From Dictyostelium discoideum (Eukaryota), in contig CM000152.2 in assembly GCA_000004695.1 (NCBI GenBank), positions 800,001 through 864,000 of the forward strand: a stretch of DNA of 64,000 bases. Reading direction: 5' to 3'. The notes beneath the pieces were generated by a model, which was given only the letters and a program-made list of their open reading frames with translations, was not told where the DNA came from and did not search any database. The position numbers were made by a program, and so were the translations under genes. Shown here one piece after another: positions 30,276 to 48,700 of the stretch; position 1 is the first letter of the stretch, and each line of letters starts with the position of its first letter.

Positions 30276-31263
30276 TACCAAATTCACATTCAACATCAAC
30301 AATATTTTTTTCATCATCATCATGTCCACCATCACCAACATTAAATTCAACATCATCAAAACAATATTTAAGTCATTTAACGAATATTGTTTATGAAAAT
30401 AATTTAAATAAAAAAAATAAAGTTGAAAGTAAAAATCCATTTATTTTACATCCATCAGAATATCAAGGATATGTAGAATATCTTCAACGTAATACAGACC
30501 AATTATTAGATATATTAAAAGATCATACAATTTCAAGCGGAAATCATTATTACATATTATTTTCAAAAAATATAATTGAACATTATTCAAATGATATAGT
30601 TGTATTAGACCATTCAATAATTGGTATTAAAAAATTAAAAATTGTAAAATCATTCATTCTTAAAGAATATACAAATATAATCTATATAAATTTCATTCCA
30701 AAAGAACAAAAATCACAAGAATATTTCATTAAAATTGAAGTTGATTATAATTTTAAAATTAAAATTGACGGTTTACTACCAAATGGAATCTATGAATTGG
30801 ATTTAGGTGATACATATAATGAGCCGTTGTTGACCAATTGTAAAACTATACCAAGTTCAGTTAAAATTTTAAAAATTGGATATTCATATAATAATCCAAT
30901 TCATAATAATAGATTACCAATTGATTTGATATCATTAGATTGTGGATTTAGTTTTAATCAAAAAATACCATCTGGAATATTTTCAAATAGTTTAACAACA
31001 TTAAGATTTGGTAATAATTTTTCAAATCCAATTTCAAAGGGATCAGTACCATCATCAGTTAAATATATTCAATTTGGTGAGAAATTCGACCAAAAAACTA
31101 ATTTCCCACTATTACCCCCATCAATCACATCAATTGAATGTTTTTATAAACAACCTATAATCTCCCCGGATTCCACAAATCTATGCGAAATTGAATCTGA
31201 AATTAATATTGATAATGATTCATTTCCTGATCAATCTCCATATTGGTTATATGGTCATTTATT

Positions 31264-31311
<48 letters not shown>

Positions 31312-31874
31312 TATTAAAAGATTAAAACTATGTGGTAAACATTACTCATCATTCACTATAAATCCATTTAAAGATTCATTTCCATGGTTAAATTTAGAAC
31401 GAGTAGAATTTAGTTCGGAATTTGATACTTTAATCGAAGCTGGTACATTACCACCAAAATTAAAATACTTAAAATTCGGTTACTCATTTGATAGGCCAAT
31501 AGTTGTTGGTTCATTACCATCAACTTTGGAAACCCTTAAATTTGGTGAAAAATTCAATCAAACAATCTCAAAAAACTCAATTCCAAACTCTGTAAAAAAG
31601 TTAATATTTGGCTCAAGATATAATTGTGAAATATTAGCTTCAAATTTACCACCAAATTTAGAGGTTTTAGATTTAGGTTTATCCTATTCTTTTAATTTAT
31701 CTCAAAATTCAATTCCTAAAAAATTAAAAATACTATATTTAAATCATTCTTTTAATCATTTCATAATTGATATTTTACCAAATTCAATTAAAGAATTATA
31801 TTTTTCAAAGAAATCTCAAAATTTATTAGAACCTTTAAAAAAATCACGTTTATTATATCAACAATTATTAATTG

Positions 31875-31972
<98 letters not shown>

Positions 31973-32065
31973 ATTCAACAAATTCAACAAATTAAACAAA
32001 ATCAACAACCACATATAAATTCAAACAATGAGGATTTTCTAATAAAATCCAGTGTAATATTATAA
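30272..32065 (+). CDS. FNIP-repeat protein of 597 aa.
   Basis: Single ORF. It contains repeated units of the form LPxS(V/I)KxLxFGxxFNQxI... (for example SVKILKIGYSYNNPI, LTTLRFGNNFSNPISKGSVPSSVKYIQFGEKFDQK and LETLKFGEKFNQTISKNSIPNSVKKLIFG). This is the FNIP repeat characteristic of Dictyostelium. It also has a poly-Ser tract and a C-terminal Q(~40) tract. Confidence 0.8.
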
Positions 32066-33102
32066 AAATAATTTATTTTAAAATAAAAAAAAATAAAAAA
32101 AAGATGTACCATTTTAGATATTTAAAAAAAAAAAAAAAAAAAGATATTTTCTGTTTATTTTAGTTCTGTTTTTTTTTTTTTTTTTTTTTTTTCTTGAAAA
32201 CCCACACCTTAATTAAAGATTATAATTTTTTTGACCAACTTGAATTAAATATCTATAAATTAATTATATATTTATTGTTAATTAATTAATTGTATATTAA
32301 TTTCCCAATCAAAAAAGAAAATAAGTGAAATAAAACACCAGGGGCAAAAAAGTCTGAAATTAAAAAAAAAAAAAAAATAATAAAAATAAAAAAAAATAGA
32401 AATTTGAGAAAAAAAAATGAAAAAGAGGGTTGCCAAATCGTGATGAGTTAACACTGTTGCCGAGTTCTCAAATAATATAATAAAAAAAAAAAAAAAAAAA
32501 AAATAAAAAATAGTAAAATTAATAAAAGAGGAATATAAGTAAAAAAAAAAAAAATAATAAAAAATAAAAAGAAAAAAAAAAAAAATAATAATAAAAAATA
32601 AACATTTAAAAATAATTTTTTTTGAAATTATTTACAAAATATCAACTGATTTCTTGAGACAGTTGTTATTTTCCATAAAAAAAAAAAAAAAAAAATAAAA
32701 TAAAAAAAAAATAAAAAATAAAAAAAAAAATTAAAAAAACCCCACCCAAATGGGAATTTTTTTTTTTTTTATTTTTTTTATTTTTTTTTTTCCCCACTTG
32801 GTGTATACACGTTAAAAAATAAAATAAATAAAAATAAATAAATAAATATAATTTTCATTTTTTTTCTTCTTTAAAGGTTTTTTTATTTATTGTTGTGTAT
32901 AGTATGACACTAGGAAATAATAATACCTATAAATTAATAGCAAAAACAGCAAAAAACAATAGTAATAATAATAATAACCTCCAACGTGGTTACTTTTATT
33001 ATATATATATATAATTCCAATTAGATATATAAAAAGAAAAAAAAAAAAAAAAAATTCTTTTAAAAATAAATAATAAAAAAAGTCCTTTGGCTAAATTTTA
33101 AT

Positions 33103-33139
<37 letters not shown>

Positions 33140-33180
33140 AAAAAAAAAAAAAAATTAAATAAAATAAAGAGTAACACAAA

Positions 33181-36091
<2,911 letters not shown>

Positions 36092-36436
36092 GAAAGAAGT
36101 ATTTGTAGAAAAAAAAAAAAAAAATTAAAATAAAAATCCAAAATTAAAGAATATCTTATACAAAAATGTTTGATTTTTTTTTTTTTTTTACTCACTTTTT
36201 AATACTATATTTCCCAAAAATAATTATTAAAATATTAAATATTCATTTTTTGTATAAAAATTGAAAATAATTTTTTTTTTTTTTTTTTTTTAACAAAGAC
36301 AGGGATTGTTATTTTATTTTCACTATATAATTTATATATTCAATTTTTTTTTTATTTTGTTTTTGTTTATTTGTTTTTTTTTTATTTTTTTTTTTTTTTA
36401 TTTTTTTTTTTTTTATTTTTTTTTTTATAAATATAT

Positions 36437-38182
36437 TTATTGGTAAACTTCTGATTCTTTATTTAATACACAGAATAAAGACATAAATTTATAATTTGGA
36501 ACACCTAATTGAGAATCTAATTTAACGTCACCATTAGCACCACCACCATTTTTACTGACGATTTCAATGAGACTGTTGTAAATTACATTTTGGTAGTTAA
36601 ATTTAACGCCTTGTCTTGAGACTCTTTGATGTTTAATTGAGCCACCATCGACCACTTGAGAAATGGTGAAACAACCGGCATTGGTTGAACTGAAACGAAT
36701 TAAAAATGAGCCAATTGGTTGACCATTTAAACGTGAAGCTGCTTCAGTGGTGTCTAAATCACCATGGAACCATTTTTGAGAGAGAATCTCTCTAACAGTG
36801 TCCATAATTGAATGACCTGGAGCTGGTTCAGGTACTGGACCGAAAAACTCTAAAATCTTACCAAACTTTTCAATGTTTACAACGGTTTCAACACCAGTAC
36901 CTTCAGATTTTGGAGATTCTGCCAAAACTGCTTTCAAACATTTGATATTTAAATAGTCGATTGAAGTTTTATCACATTGATTACGAGCTGGTGCCTTTGA
37001 CCAATTGCAAAGTGCATCAATGAATGCCTCCCAAGGTACCTCTTGCTCGGTGAGGAAAGATTTCTTCCAAAAGTCTCTACCATTCAAATCAGAGATAGCG
37101 GCATCAATGATAACATGATCCAATGCACTAATGATCTCTTTGAAGGATGGACGACTAATTGGTTCTTTATCCCAACATTTTTCAATTAATCTTCTTAATG
37201 AATCCAAACAATCATTTGGAATTGGTGGTCTTTCATGTTTGACACAAACTGCCTCTCTAAATTTCTCTAATTCTCTATGATGAGAAAATGGTTCTTTTCT
37301 TGTTAATATTTCCCATAATACAATACCAAATGAATAAACATCACTTGATTCATTAAATTCTTTAAACATCATAACTTCTGGTGCCATATAAAGTGGTGTA
37401 CCTTTTGCACTTGATTGATCTTTTAACATTTTATGTTTTTGTTTTAATGCACTTAAACCAAAATCACAAACTTTTTTTTTTTTTATAAAAAAAAAAATAA
37501 TAAAAATTTGTTAGTATTAAAAAAATAATAAAATATAAAGTAAATAAAATAATAAAATAAACTTACTTTTGACTCTCATATTTTCATCAACTAAAAGATT
37601 TGATGATTTAATATCTCTATGTACAAATACAGGGTTTGATTCATGTAACCAATTAATTCCTAATGCTGCATCTCTTGCCACTAAAATTTTTTTTTTTTTT
37701 TATTAATAAAAAAAATAAACATAATAATAATAATAATAAAATTATAAAAATTTTTACTTACTTCTCATTCTTAAATATAATGGTAATTGAATTTTTTGAT
37801 CATGTAAAAGTGTTTCTAAATTTCCTTTTGGTACTAATTCTGTAACGATTACACATCTACCTGGAATAGTACAAGCACCCATAAATAAACAAATATTTGG
37901 ATGATAAATTTTACTCATTAAGTGTACCTCCTTTCTAAAGGCACTTAATGTTGCTGCATCGAAATTTTGTTTATGTAATAATTTAACTGCTACTGCCTTT
38001 TGTCTACATCTTCCTTTATAAACTTTACCAAAGGAACCAGTACCAATGAGTTCCTCAAAATTGATTTCTTCTGGTCTAATTTCTGGTGGTCCACTTCTTT
38101 CCTGTATTTGTATAGTTGTTGATGTATTTGTGGATATTATATTTTTTTTATTATTAATAAGATTATTAATATTTTTTAACAT
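36437..38182 (-). CDS. SH2-domain protein kinase (Dictyostelium SHK family, dual-specificity kinase-like), about 522 aa in three exons.
   Basis: Exons are 38182..37762, 37680..37567 and 37470..36437. Kinase subdomains: GTGSFGKVYKG, AVK, HRDIKSSNLLVD, ICDFGLS, PLYMAPEV and DVYSFGIVLWE. Both internal donors are GTAAGT. The C-terminal SH2 domain reads WFHGDLDTTEAASRLNGQPIGSFLIRFSSTNAGCFTISQV...IKHQRV (FLIRxS). Confidence 0.85.
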
Positions 38183-39542
38183 TTTTTTTTTTTTTTTTTT
38201 TTTTAAAAAAAATTTATATTAGTTTTTTTTTTTATTACTATTTAATTATTTTTATTATTATTGTTTTCATGATTATTTAAATAAATAAAATAAATAAAAA
38301 TAAATCTTTTATTTTTATAGTTTTTATTTTTATTTTTATTTTTTTTTTTAATTTATTTTTTTTTTATTTTTTTATTTATTTTTATTTATTTTTTTTTTTA
38401 TTTTTTTATTTTTATTCTGAAAAATAATTAAAAATATATTTGTTTAAGGTGTGTGAATGTGTGGTAATTATGATAATTGTATGATATTATTATAAACTAT
38501 TATGGGTTATGTGGAAAGAAGGCAAAATTTTGATATTGCTAATTTTACTAAATTATTACTATAAAAAAAATAAAAAAAAATTATATTTTTGGTGATAATT
38601 GTATTTTGACAATTAAAAAAAACCAAAAAAGTTTGGTTTTTTTTCTTTATTTATTTTTATTTTTATTTTTTTATTTATTTATTTTTTCCTTTTATTATAC
38701 TATAAAATATCTAAATATAAAATTGAAAAGACTATTATATATTTACCTCTGGATATGAACTACCTAATCCTGAATCCATTTTATTTTATTTTTAATATCT
38801 ATTTAATTATTTAAATAATTTTTTTTTAAAAATAAAGAAATCTAGAAAGTTTATTAAAATACAAAGTTTGGTGTTATATTATTAAATTGTGGTAATAATA
38901 CAATTTGTGTTGCGAATATTATAAAATTATGTGAAGGTTAGAAAATTGATTTTTTGAAAAAAAAAAAAAAAAATTTCAAATTGGTTTTTTGAAAAAAAAA
39001 AATTAAAAAAAAAAAAAAATTAAATAAAAAATAAAAAAAAAATAATTTGGAAAAAAAAAAAAAAAAAAAAAAATAAAAAAAAAGAAAAAGAAATAAAAGC
39101 CTACTATTTATATTTTAAAAATGGTTTTTTTTTTTTTTTTCTTTTTTTCCCTATAATAAAGATATTTAAATTTTTGATATAATAATAAAATAAAAAAAAT
39201 AAAAATAAAAAAATAATAATAAAAAAAAAATATATGGAATTTTAAAAATAAATTAAAAAATAAAAAAAAAAAAAAAAAAAAATATTTTTCATAACCACAC
39301 AAATTTTAGAACAATTAATAAAAAATATTCATGGTAGCATTTTACCATTTTAAAACCCTTTTTTTTTTTTTTTAATTATTTTTTTTTATTTTTTAATATT
39401 TGATTAAAAATGGAATAAGTTTAATCAAATTAATTTTTTTAATTTTTTTTTTATTTTTTTTTTTTTTCATTTTTATTTTTTTTTTATTTTTTTTTTTTTT
39501 TATTTTTCAGATTCATTGAATCAATAACAGAGAAAAAAAAAA

Positions 39543-40121
39543 ATGGTGAAAACTGATTCGTTAATAAATAAATATTTGTCAATTTATAATGGTATTTTTA
39601 ATTTTAATTTTAATTTTATTTTATTATTATTATTATATAAAAAATTTTTTTAAAAAATAAATTAACTGATATATTTTTGGGGTAGTAATCCAAACGATTG
39701 GATGGTTTTATATAATTTTTTCAATGATTATTAGGGCTTTATATTTGGGATTCTCATCTTCAATACCAACTACATACATATCATTAGGATCAACAGTTTG
39801 TTTTGTACAAGTTTTAGCATTTTTAGAGATTTTACATGTTTTATTAGGTTTCACCAAATCATCATTAATACCAACAATGTCACAAGTTTTTGGAAGAAAT
39901 CATGTATTACTTTTGGCATTAGCATTTACACCAGAAGTTCAACGACATTGGGGTGTATGGACAATGTTTTTTATTTGGGGACTCAGTGAGTTAATTAGAT
40001 TCCCATACTATTTATATGGTAGTAACTCTCCGAAATTTTTAACTTGGTTACGTTATAATGCTTTTATTATTCTTTATCCTTTAGGATTCCTTTCAGAGAG
40101 TATGTATTTAAAAAATAATTA

Positions 40122-40172
<51 letters not shown>

Positions 40173-40416
40173 AAAAACTAATATTTTTATTTTTATTTTT
40201 TTTTTTTATTTTTATTTTTATTTTTTAGATATACTATGGTATAATATGCTGCCAATAATTTTAGAAAGAAGAATTCATTTTATAGATATGCCAAATAAAT
40301 TTAATTTTGGATTTAACTATTATTATTTTTTATTAGTTTGGATAACTTTGACTTTGATGGTTTTCCCACAACAATATATGCATATGTTTAAATTAAGAGC
40401 AAAAAAGATGAATTAA
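39543..40416 (+). CDS. Very-long-chain 3-hydroxyacyl-CoA dehydratase (PTPLA/HACD/Phs1 family), about 216 aa in three exons.
   Basis: Exons are 39543..39591, 39686..40099 and 40229..40416. Family-typical region: LEILHVLLGFTKSSLIPTMSQVFGRNHVLLLALAFTPE...WTMFFIWGLSELIRFPYYLY. The protein is multi-TM and ends in a di-lysine-like tail, ...KLRAKKMN. Donors are GTATTT and GTATGT. Confidence 0.8.
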
Positions 40417-40599
40417 TAAAATGGAAATAAATAAACAAAAGTTATTCTTTTAATATCTTTAAAATTTTTAAAACACTAGTTTATTTCTTGTGAATTTTTT
40501 GGTTTTTTGGTTCTTTTTACTATTAATTATTTTCTTTATTTGATTTACTTCTTAAAGGATATCACATTATTGGCAAAAAAGGAATTCAGTTTTTGGAAC

Positions 40600-41870
<1,271 letters not shown>

Positions 41871-41886
41871 AAAACTTATTTATTTT

Positions 41887-41918
<32 letters not shown>

Positions 41919-43441
41919 TTATTTTTTTTTTTTTTTTTGTATTTTTTTTTTTTTTTTATTTATTTATTTGTTTTTTTTTTTTTTTATTATTCTTTTTTAT
42001 ATCTTTTTATTTCTTTCAAAAATATATATATATGAATATATATATTTTCAAAAAAAAAAAAAGAAAAGAAAGACAACAAATTTACAAAAAATAAAATAAA
42101 ATTTTACACATAAAATAAAGTATGGGGGGTTTACTAGTTTTGTTTTTAATTTCATTTAACTTTTATTTATTTATTTATTTATTTATTTTAAATCAAAAAA
42201 ATCAACATTCTTCAGGTTCATCAATCTTTAAGAAATACCCAATTCCAAAGTAGGAAATTATTCATCAAAAACGTCAACGCATCCTATCACCCGAACTCTT
42301 TGGCATTGTCCAATTTTTTTATTTTTTTATTTTTTTTTTTTATTTTTTTTTTTTAAGTTTTAATTTATACTGTTTACATTAAAATAGCTTAAACCAAAAA
42401 TAATTCAAAAAATTAAATTGTTAATTTTTATATTTTGAAATTTAATAACCAAAACCGAAATGAAAATTAAATATATATAAAAAAAAAAAAAAAATAAAAA
42501 AAAAAAGTTTTGACCCAAAGTAATTTCCTATTCCAAAAAAAAAAAAAAAAAAAAAAAAACTTGTTTTAAAATTGAGAGTTAGTAGTATCCATTTTTTAAA
42601 TTTTCTATATTATATATATATATATAATAAATTTATGAGTAAAATATATAAATATATATTAAATTATTGGCAAATATTTTATAATAAATGATTTTATATA
42701 TAAATAAATATTATTTGTATATATATATATATATATATTTATAAATTATATAATGATTATTATTAGTAGTATTATTATTATTATTATTATTAATATTATA
42801 ATTGAAATAAGTTTTTTTAAATTTTTTTCTCTTTAAATAGCTTAAAAAATTAAAAAAAAAAAAGTTAAAAAATAAATAAAATTAAAAATTAAATAAAAAT
42901 AAAATATTATTAAAATAAAAGGGGTGGGTTGATCATTATCATAAAACAGATAATAAAAATTTAATAAAAATAAAAGAAAAATGTAATTTTTTTGTCTTTA
43001 ATAATCTAAAACATTACCAGATATCAAAAATAATCCAATTCAATTAACTTTTGGATTTATAAAATAAAAATAAAAATAAAAAAATAAAAAAAATAAAATA
43101 AAAAATTAATAATAATAATTTATAATGAATAAATATAATTTTAATGTAATATGTCACTACATAATATTGAAAGTTTATTTTTAAATTATTAGGGTTAACA
43201 CACTCCTTTATATAAAAAAAAAAAAAGGTTCGGTTAAAATTTTAATTTTTTTTTTTTACTTGTAAAAATATACCATATAGAGACATTCTAGGGGTATATT
43301 AAAAATAAATCTTTTTTTTTCAATTGTTTTATTTTTTTTTTAACCAAACTTATAAAAAAAAAAAAACAAAACAAAACATTAAAAAAAAAAAAAAAACAAA
43401 ACAAAACAAAACATCAAACTTTATAACAAAACAAAAATAAA

Positions 43442-43475
<34 letters not shown>

Positions 43476-43654
43476 CCGGATAAACGTTTTTTTAATTTTT
43501 TAAATTTTAATAATTTTTTAATAAAAATTTTTTTTTTTTTTTGGGAACAAACAAATAATAGATTATAAATTTCCATTAAAAGGCGAGGATTAAAATAAAT
43601 TTTGGGAATATTAAAAAAAGGTTAAAAAAAAAGGCCTCAAAACTTTTAAAATAA

Positions 43655-43694
<40 letters not shown>

Positions 43695-45742
43695 TTTTCT
43701 TAATTAATTAATTAAAATAATTGCTCACTACTCCATTTATCATGTCAATATTTTAAAAGAAAAAAATCAAGAAAAAAAAGGATTTTTGTTGACAATTCTG
43801 AAAAAATTTTGATAACTTTAAAGTTTTTGGTTTTGTTTATTGTTTATTGTTTATTGTTTATTGTTATTTATTTTCCATATTTCTATTTTTTTTAAAAAAG
43901 TTTTTATTATTATTGTTCACATTTTTATTTAAATTATACATTTTTGGAAATTTCTTTTTTTATACTTTTTGCTACTATGATGACAATAATTAATTATTTA
44001 TGTGGTGGATTATGAGGTTTATGTGATTCTCTTTTTATGTTTTTTTCATTAAAAAATATATATCATTTAATCTGGTGCATATTCTTTAAATTTTAAAGGG
44101 ACAATATTTTTGAAAAAAAAAAAAAAAATTAAAAAATAATATTAAAATAAAAATAAAAAATAAAAATAATTAAAAAAGAAATAAAAAAATAAAATTAAAT
44201 AAAATAATTAATTAAAAATTTTATTTAGAGTAGAATGATAATTACAATTATCATATTTTTAAATTATTAAATGGGGGTTCTATTTTTATTTATTTATTAT
44301 TTTTTTTTTTATTAATATAATATTTATTATTGTCAACAATAAGTTTTTTTTTTTTTTTTTATTCTTTTTTTTTTTTGATCAATTTTCTTAGTATCTTTAT
44401 TGGGAAGATATGTATTTTTTAATTAAATTTTTTTTAACATCCTAATCAAATAATTTCATTAATTGGCTTTTTTTCAATATTACATAATTAACAAGAATTG
44501 ATACACATGAAATCATTTGTTTATAATTTTTTTTTATTTTTATTTTATTTTTTTTTTTTAATAAAATTATTTGAAACCCCCAATCAAATATAGTTTTCAT
44601 AGTTTAAAAAAAAAAAAACAAACAAAATTGTTTTAAATTTTAAAATACACTTGCTTTTAACACAAAGTTTGAAAGGACGTAAATTTGTCGGAATTATTTT
44701 CAAAGAGAGAGATTAACAATAGTTTAAATTATAATCCCAATCTAGCATGTTTGCGTGTTGATTTTTTGTTTTTATATTTTGTGTGTGTTTATTTTAAAAT
44801 TTTAAACCATTAATTTATTTTTTGTATAAAATAGTGTTTTTGTGTTTAGTGTGTCTTTGTGGTTTTGGGGTTATTTTTTAAAAAAAAATGATAAAAAAGT
44901 AATATGTTACATCGGTCAAAAATAACAATAATCATTTTTTAAATGTAATCTATTAAGTTTTTTAATTTTTTAATTTTTTATTTTATTTTATTTTAGAAAA
45001 AAAAAAAATAAAAAAAAAAAATAAAAAGAAAATGAAAGAAGGAAATTGAAATAGGGGTAATATATACAGATATATAATTTTAAAATAAAAAAAAAAAAAA
45101 AAGACAATAAATTAAAACAAAAAATAATAAAATAATAAAAATAATAATAATAATGAAAAATGATAATAGATTAGCTGATAATAACAACAATAATAATAAA
45201 AATAATAAAAATAATAATATTAAAATAAAAATAATATAAACACAAATACCACACTTCAATAACACCTACCCCTTTATATATTAATATAATTATATAATTT
45301 AATTTAAATAATATAAAATAAACATTTTAATAATAATAATAAAAATAATAATAATTAAATATTATAAAAAATAAAAAATTAATTAAAAAAAAATAAAAAA
45401 ATTTTAGTATAAATTAAAATTGAAAAAAAATTTTTTAAATCATTCAATCAAACAAACAAAAAACAACAATTTAAAAAAACAATAATTTATAGTAAAGTAA
45501 AAACAATTAAAGAATCACTAATTGTTTTTTTCTCCTCCTCACTATAAATTCCAATATTTTTTTTTAAATTAATTTCCAGCTTTTCTGTTTTTTTACACAA
45601 TCACAACCAACCCTATATCATTACTACCAACCCTATACCATTACAATCTTATTTATTAAATAATTATTATTTGTTGTATTATTTTAGTGTATATTTGTTG
45701 ATTTAATATTTATTAGCAAGTAACAAACAAAAAAAAAAAATA

Positions 45743-48700
45743 ATGTATTATCGTAAATTTGTATTCCTTTTATTAACACTTTGTGTTTTTGGTCAAAGTT
45801 TTGTCCAATCCCGTACTGTAACACTTGATGGAACTTCTTGTGGTAAATGCCAATTGGAGTCAATGATTTCATCATTAGCTGGTGGTGCTTTAAGCTCACT
45901 TGATGATGTTGTTATCAAAGGTGTCCCAAATGCTGTCTACACAATCGCAAAACCAGTTCTCTGTCGTGCAATGAATATTACAAGTGGTACTGTCAATTTA
46001 GCATCAACTATTGATTTAAGAGGTAACTTATGGATTGCATCAGGTGCAAGCATGATCATCACTGGTGCCATTAAAAGTGTTTCCAATGTTTTCGTCACTG
46101 TTGATGGTATCGTTACAGTTAGAGGTGGTGCATCTTTAATTGCCAACTTAAACGTTAATGGTAAATTAAATATTGAAGCAGGTTCATTGACTGTCAATGG
46201 TTTCATTGCAAGTGCAACTGCCTTACCAATTGTTTCAGGTGCAGGTCAATTAATCAACAATGGTAAATGTATTTATAATGCAGTCCCAACCATCCTTGGA
46301 ACTGGTCAATTCATTGTCAATGGTGCCACTCAATTATCAAAAGGTATCACTTGTCAAGACAAAGCAATCCTCTCCATTGCATCAAAAGCAACTGTTGATA
46401 TCCTTGCCAACTCAATCTTTGCCGCTCCAATTGCAATTGCAAGCAATGCTGAAATTAAATTAACCAGTGGTAACCATGTATTCAATGGTGTAAATGGTGC
46501 AACCAACTCCATCATGACCATCGTAAATGGTGCAGTCTCATTAAATGCCCCAAGTACCTGTCACACTGTTGACCTCACTGGTGCTGGTTCAATCTTAGTT
46601 AACTCCAACTCTGTCATCAACACAATTAAAGCCGCAGCAACTGCTCAAGTTAACGTTGCCAAAGCTGGTCTCCTCAACATTAATGGTATTGCTGATATTA
46701 AAGCCATCCTCAACTTAAAAGATACTGCCAACGTTGTCGTCGCTGCCAAAGCCACTGCTAACCTCTTAGGTGGTGTTAATGCTATTGCTCAATCACAAAT
46801 TCAAGCTATGGATAGCTCTATCCTCAACATGGGTAAAACCTGTACTCTCTCACAACCAATCATCATGGGTAAACAAGCTGTTATGAACGCAATGGAAGGT
46901 ACTCACTCATGGACTCAAGGTATCACCTCCCAAGTTAACTCTATCATCAACATCGGTTCAAAATCAAATATCATCGCCAACAAAGATTGTAAATTCGGTA
47001 TCCTCAACCTTGCAACTGGTTCAAATGTAAACATCAACTCTGGTACAACCATCGTCCAAGGTGCCCTCACAACTGCTTCAAACTCTGCCCTCGCTGTTAC
47101 CAACGCTGTCCTCAACTTAAAAGCAACCTCTGTTATTAAATCTGCCTTATCCATCAATGCTCAAGCAAAAGCAATCTTTGATAGCAAAGTTGACCTCTTA
47201 GCCGGTATCACCACTCATATTGATTCAACCATCGATATTAACCATAACGTAAACATCTTAGCTTCATCCACAATTAAATCTGTCACTAACCTCAATGCCA
47301 ATGGTCTCTTAGTATTCGGTGGTTCAAAAGGTGTTAGTCACTCTTGCTCTGGTGATATCACTTCTGATGCCAAATCAACCCTCAATGTTGTTGCTGGTGC
47401 TATTCTCCATCTCGATGGTGATGCAGTTCTTGCTGGTACTCATAAATTAGTTGATGGTTCACAAATCATTGTAAACGGTAATGCTAATATCATCTCTGGT
47501 TTAACCTCAACTGGTTCAGCTCTTTCTCACTTTACTGTTGGTCCAACTGGTAGCTGTGTCCTCGGTAATACCCCAATGCCAACTCTCCCATCATTCCCAA
47601 CCATCCCAGGTTTCCCATCATTCCCATCTGCTTCTCAAAAATCATGGAGTCATCACGGTCACTCAAATAATGGTAACAACGGTAACAACGGTAACAATGG
47701 TAACAATGGTAACAATGGTAACAACGGTAACAACGGTAACAACGGTAACAACAACGGTAATAACGGTAATAACGGTAATAACGGTAACAACGGTAACAAT
47801 GGTAACAACGGTAACAATGGTAACAATGGTAACAATGGTAACAATGGTAACAACGGTAATAACGGTAACAATGGTCAATCATCAGGTTCAAACCAAATGC
47901 CATCAAGCACTATTTCATTCCCATCATCTGGTTCAGCATCATCTGGTTCATTCCCATCATCATCAACTGGTTCAAACCAAATGCCATCAAGCACTATTTC
48001 ATTCCCATCATCTGGTTCAGCCTCATCTGGTTCATTCCCATCATCTGGTTCAGCTTCATCTGGTTCATTCCCATCATCTGGTTCATCAAACAATGGTCAA
48101 ACCTCAGGAAAATCAACCACCACAACTACTACTACTTCCTCAAGCTCATCATCAAGCTCAATTACAAATATCAATGGTAATGTTATCATCCAAACTGGTG
48201 GTTCATTAGATGTTTTGGGTAAATGTAATGTTGGTTCAACTGTTCAAAACTTAGGTTCATTAACCCTCACTCAACCAATGGTCATTGCAGGTAATGCCTT
48301 CACTCAAACAAGTGCTACTGCCGTCTTAAATATGGTCGCTGGTGGTTCAATTGAATCAAAAGTTATTGATTTCACTCATGGTACCATTCAAGGTGTTGGT
48401 GCTCTTAAATGTGGTACTTGTAACTTTGCCAATAAGATCGCTGCTAACCTCAACATTGTTGGTAACGTTAAAATGGCCGCAACTGCAACTGTCTATGCAA
48501 ACATTGATGCTTTAATGTCAATCACCACCTCAACCCAAACCTCAATCTCTCAATCATCAACCAAGACTGTCAACGGTAAGACCACCACTCAATCATCATC
48601 AAGCTCATCATCATCCATCTCTAAACAATTCGTTCCAATGATCGTTTGTTCAGGTACTGCTGATGTTGCTGGTAACCTCAATGTCGTTGCCTCAGAAGCC

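Noticed and set aside
47532-48209. Several overlapping ORFs on both strands (HCYHCYRCY..., LPLLPLLPL..., TVTMVTMVT...)
   Set aside because: They are all alternative-frame readings of the (GGTAACAAY)n and Ser-rich repeats, which lie inside the genuine 45743..48931 CDS.
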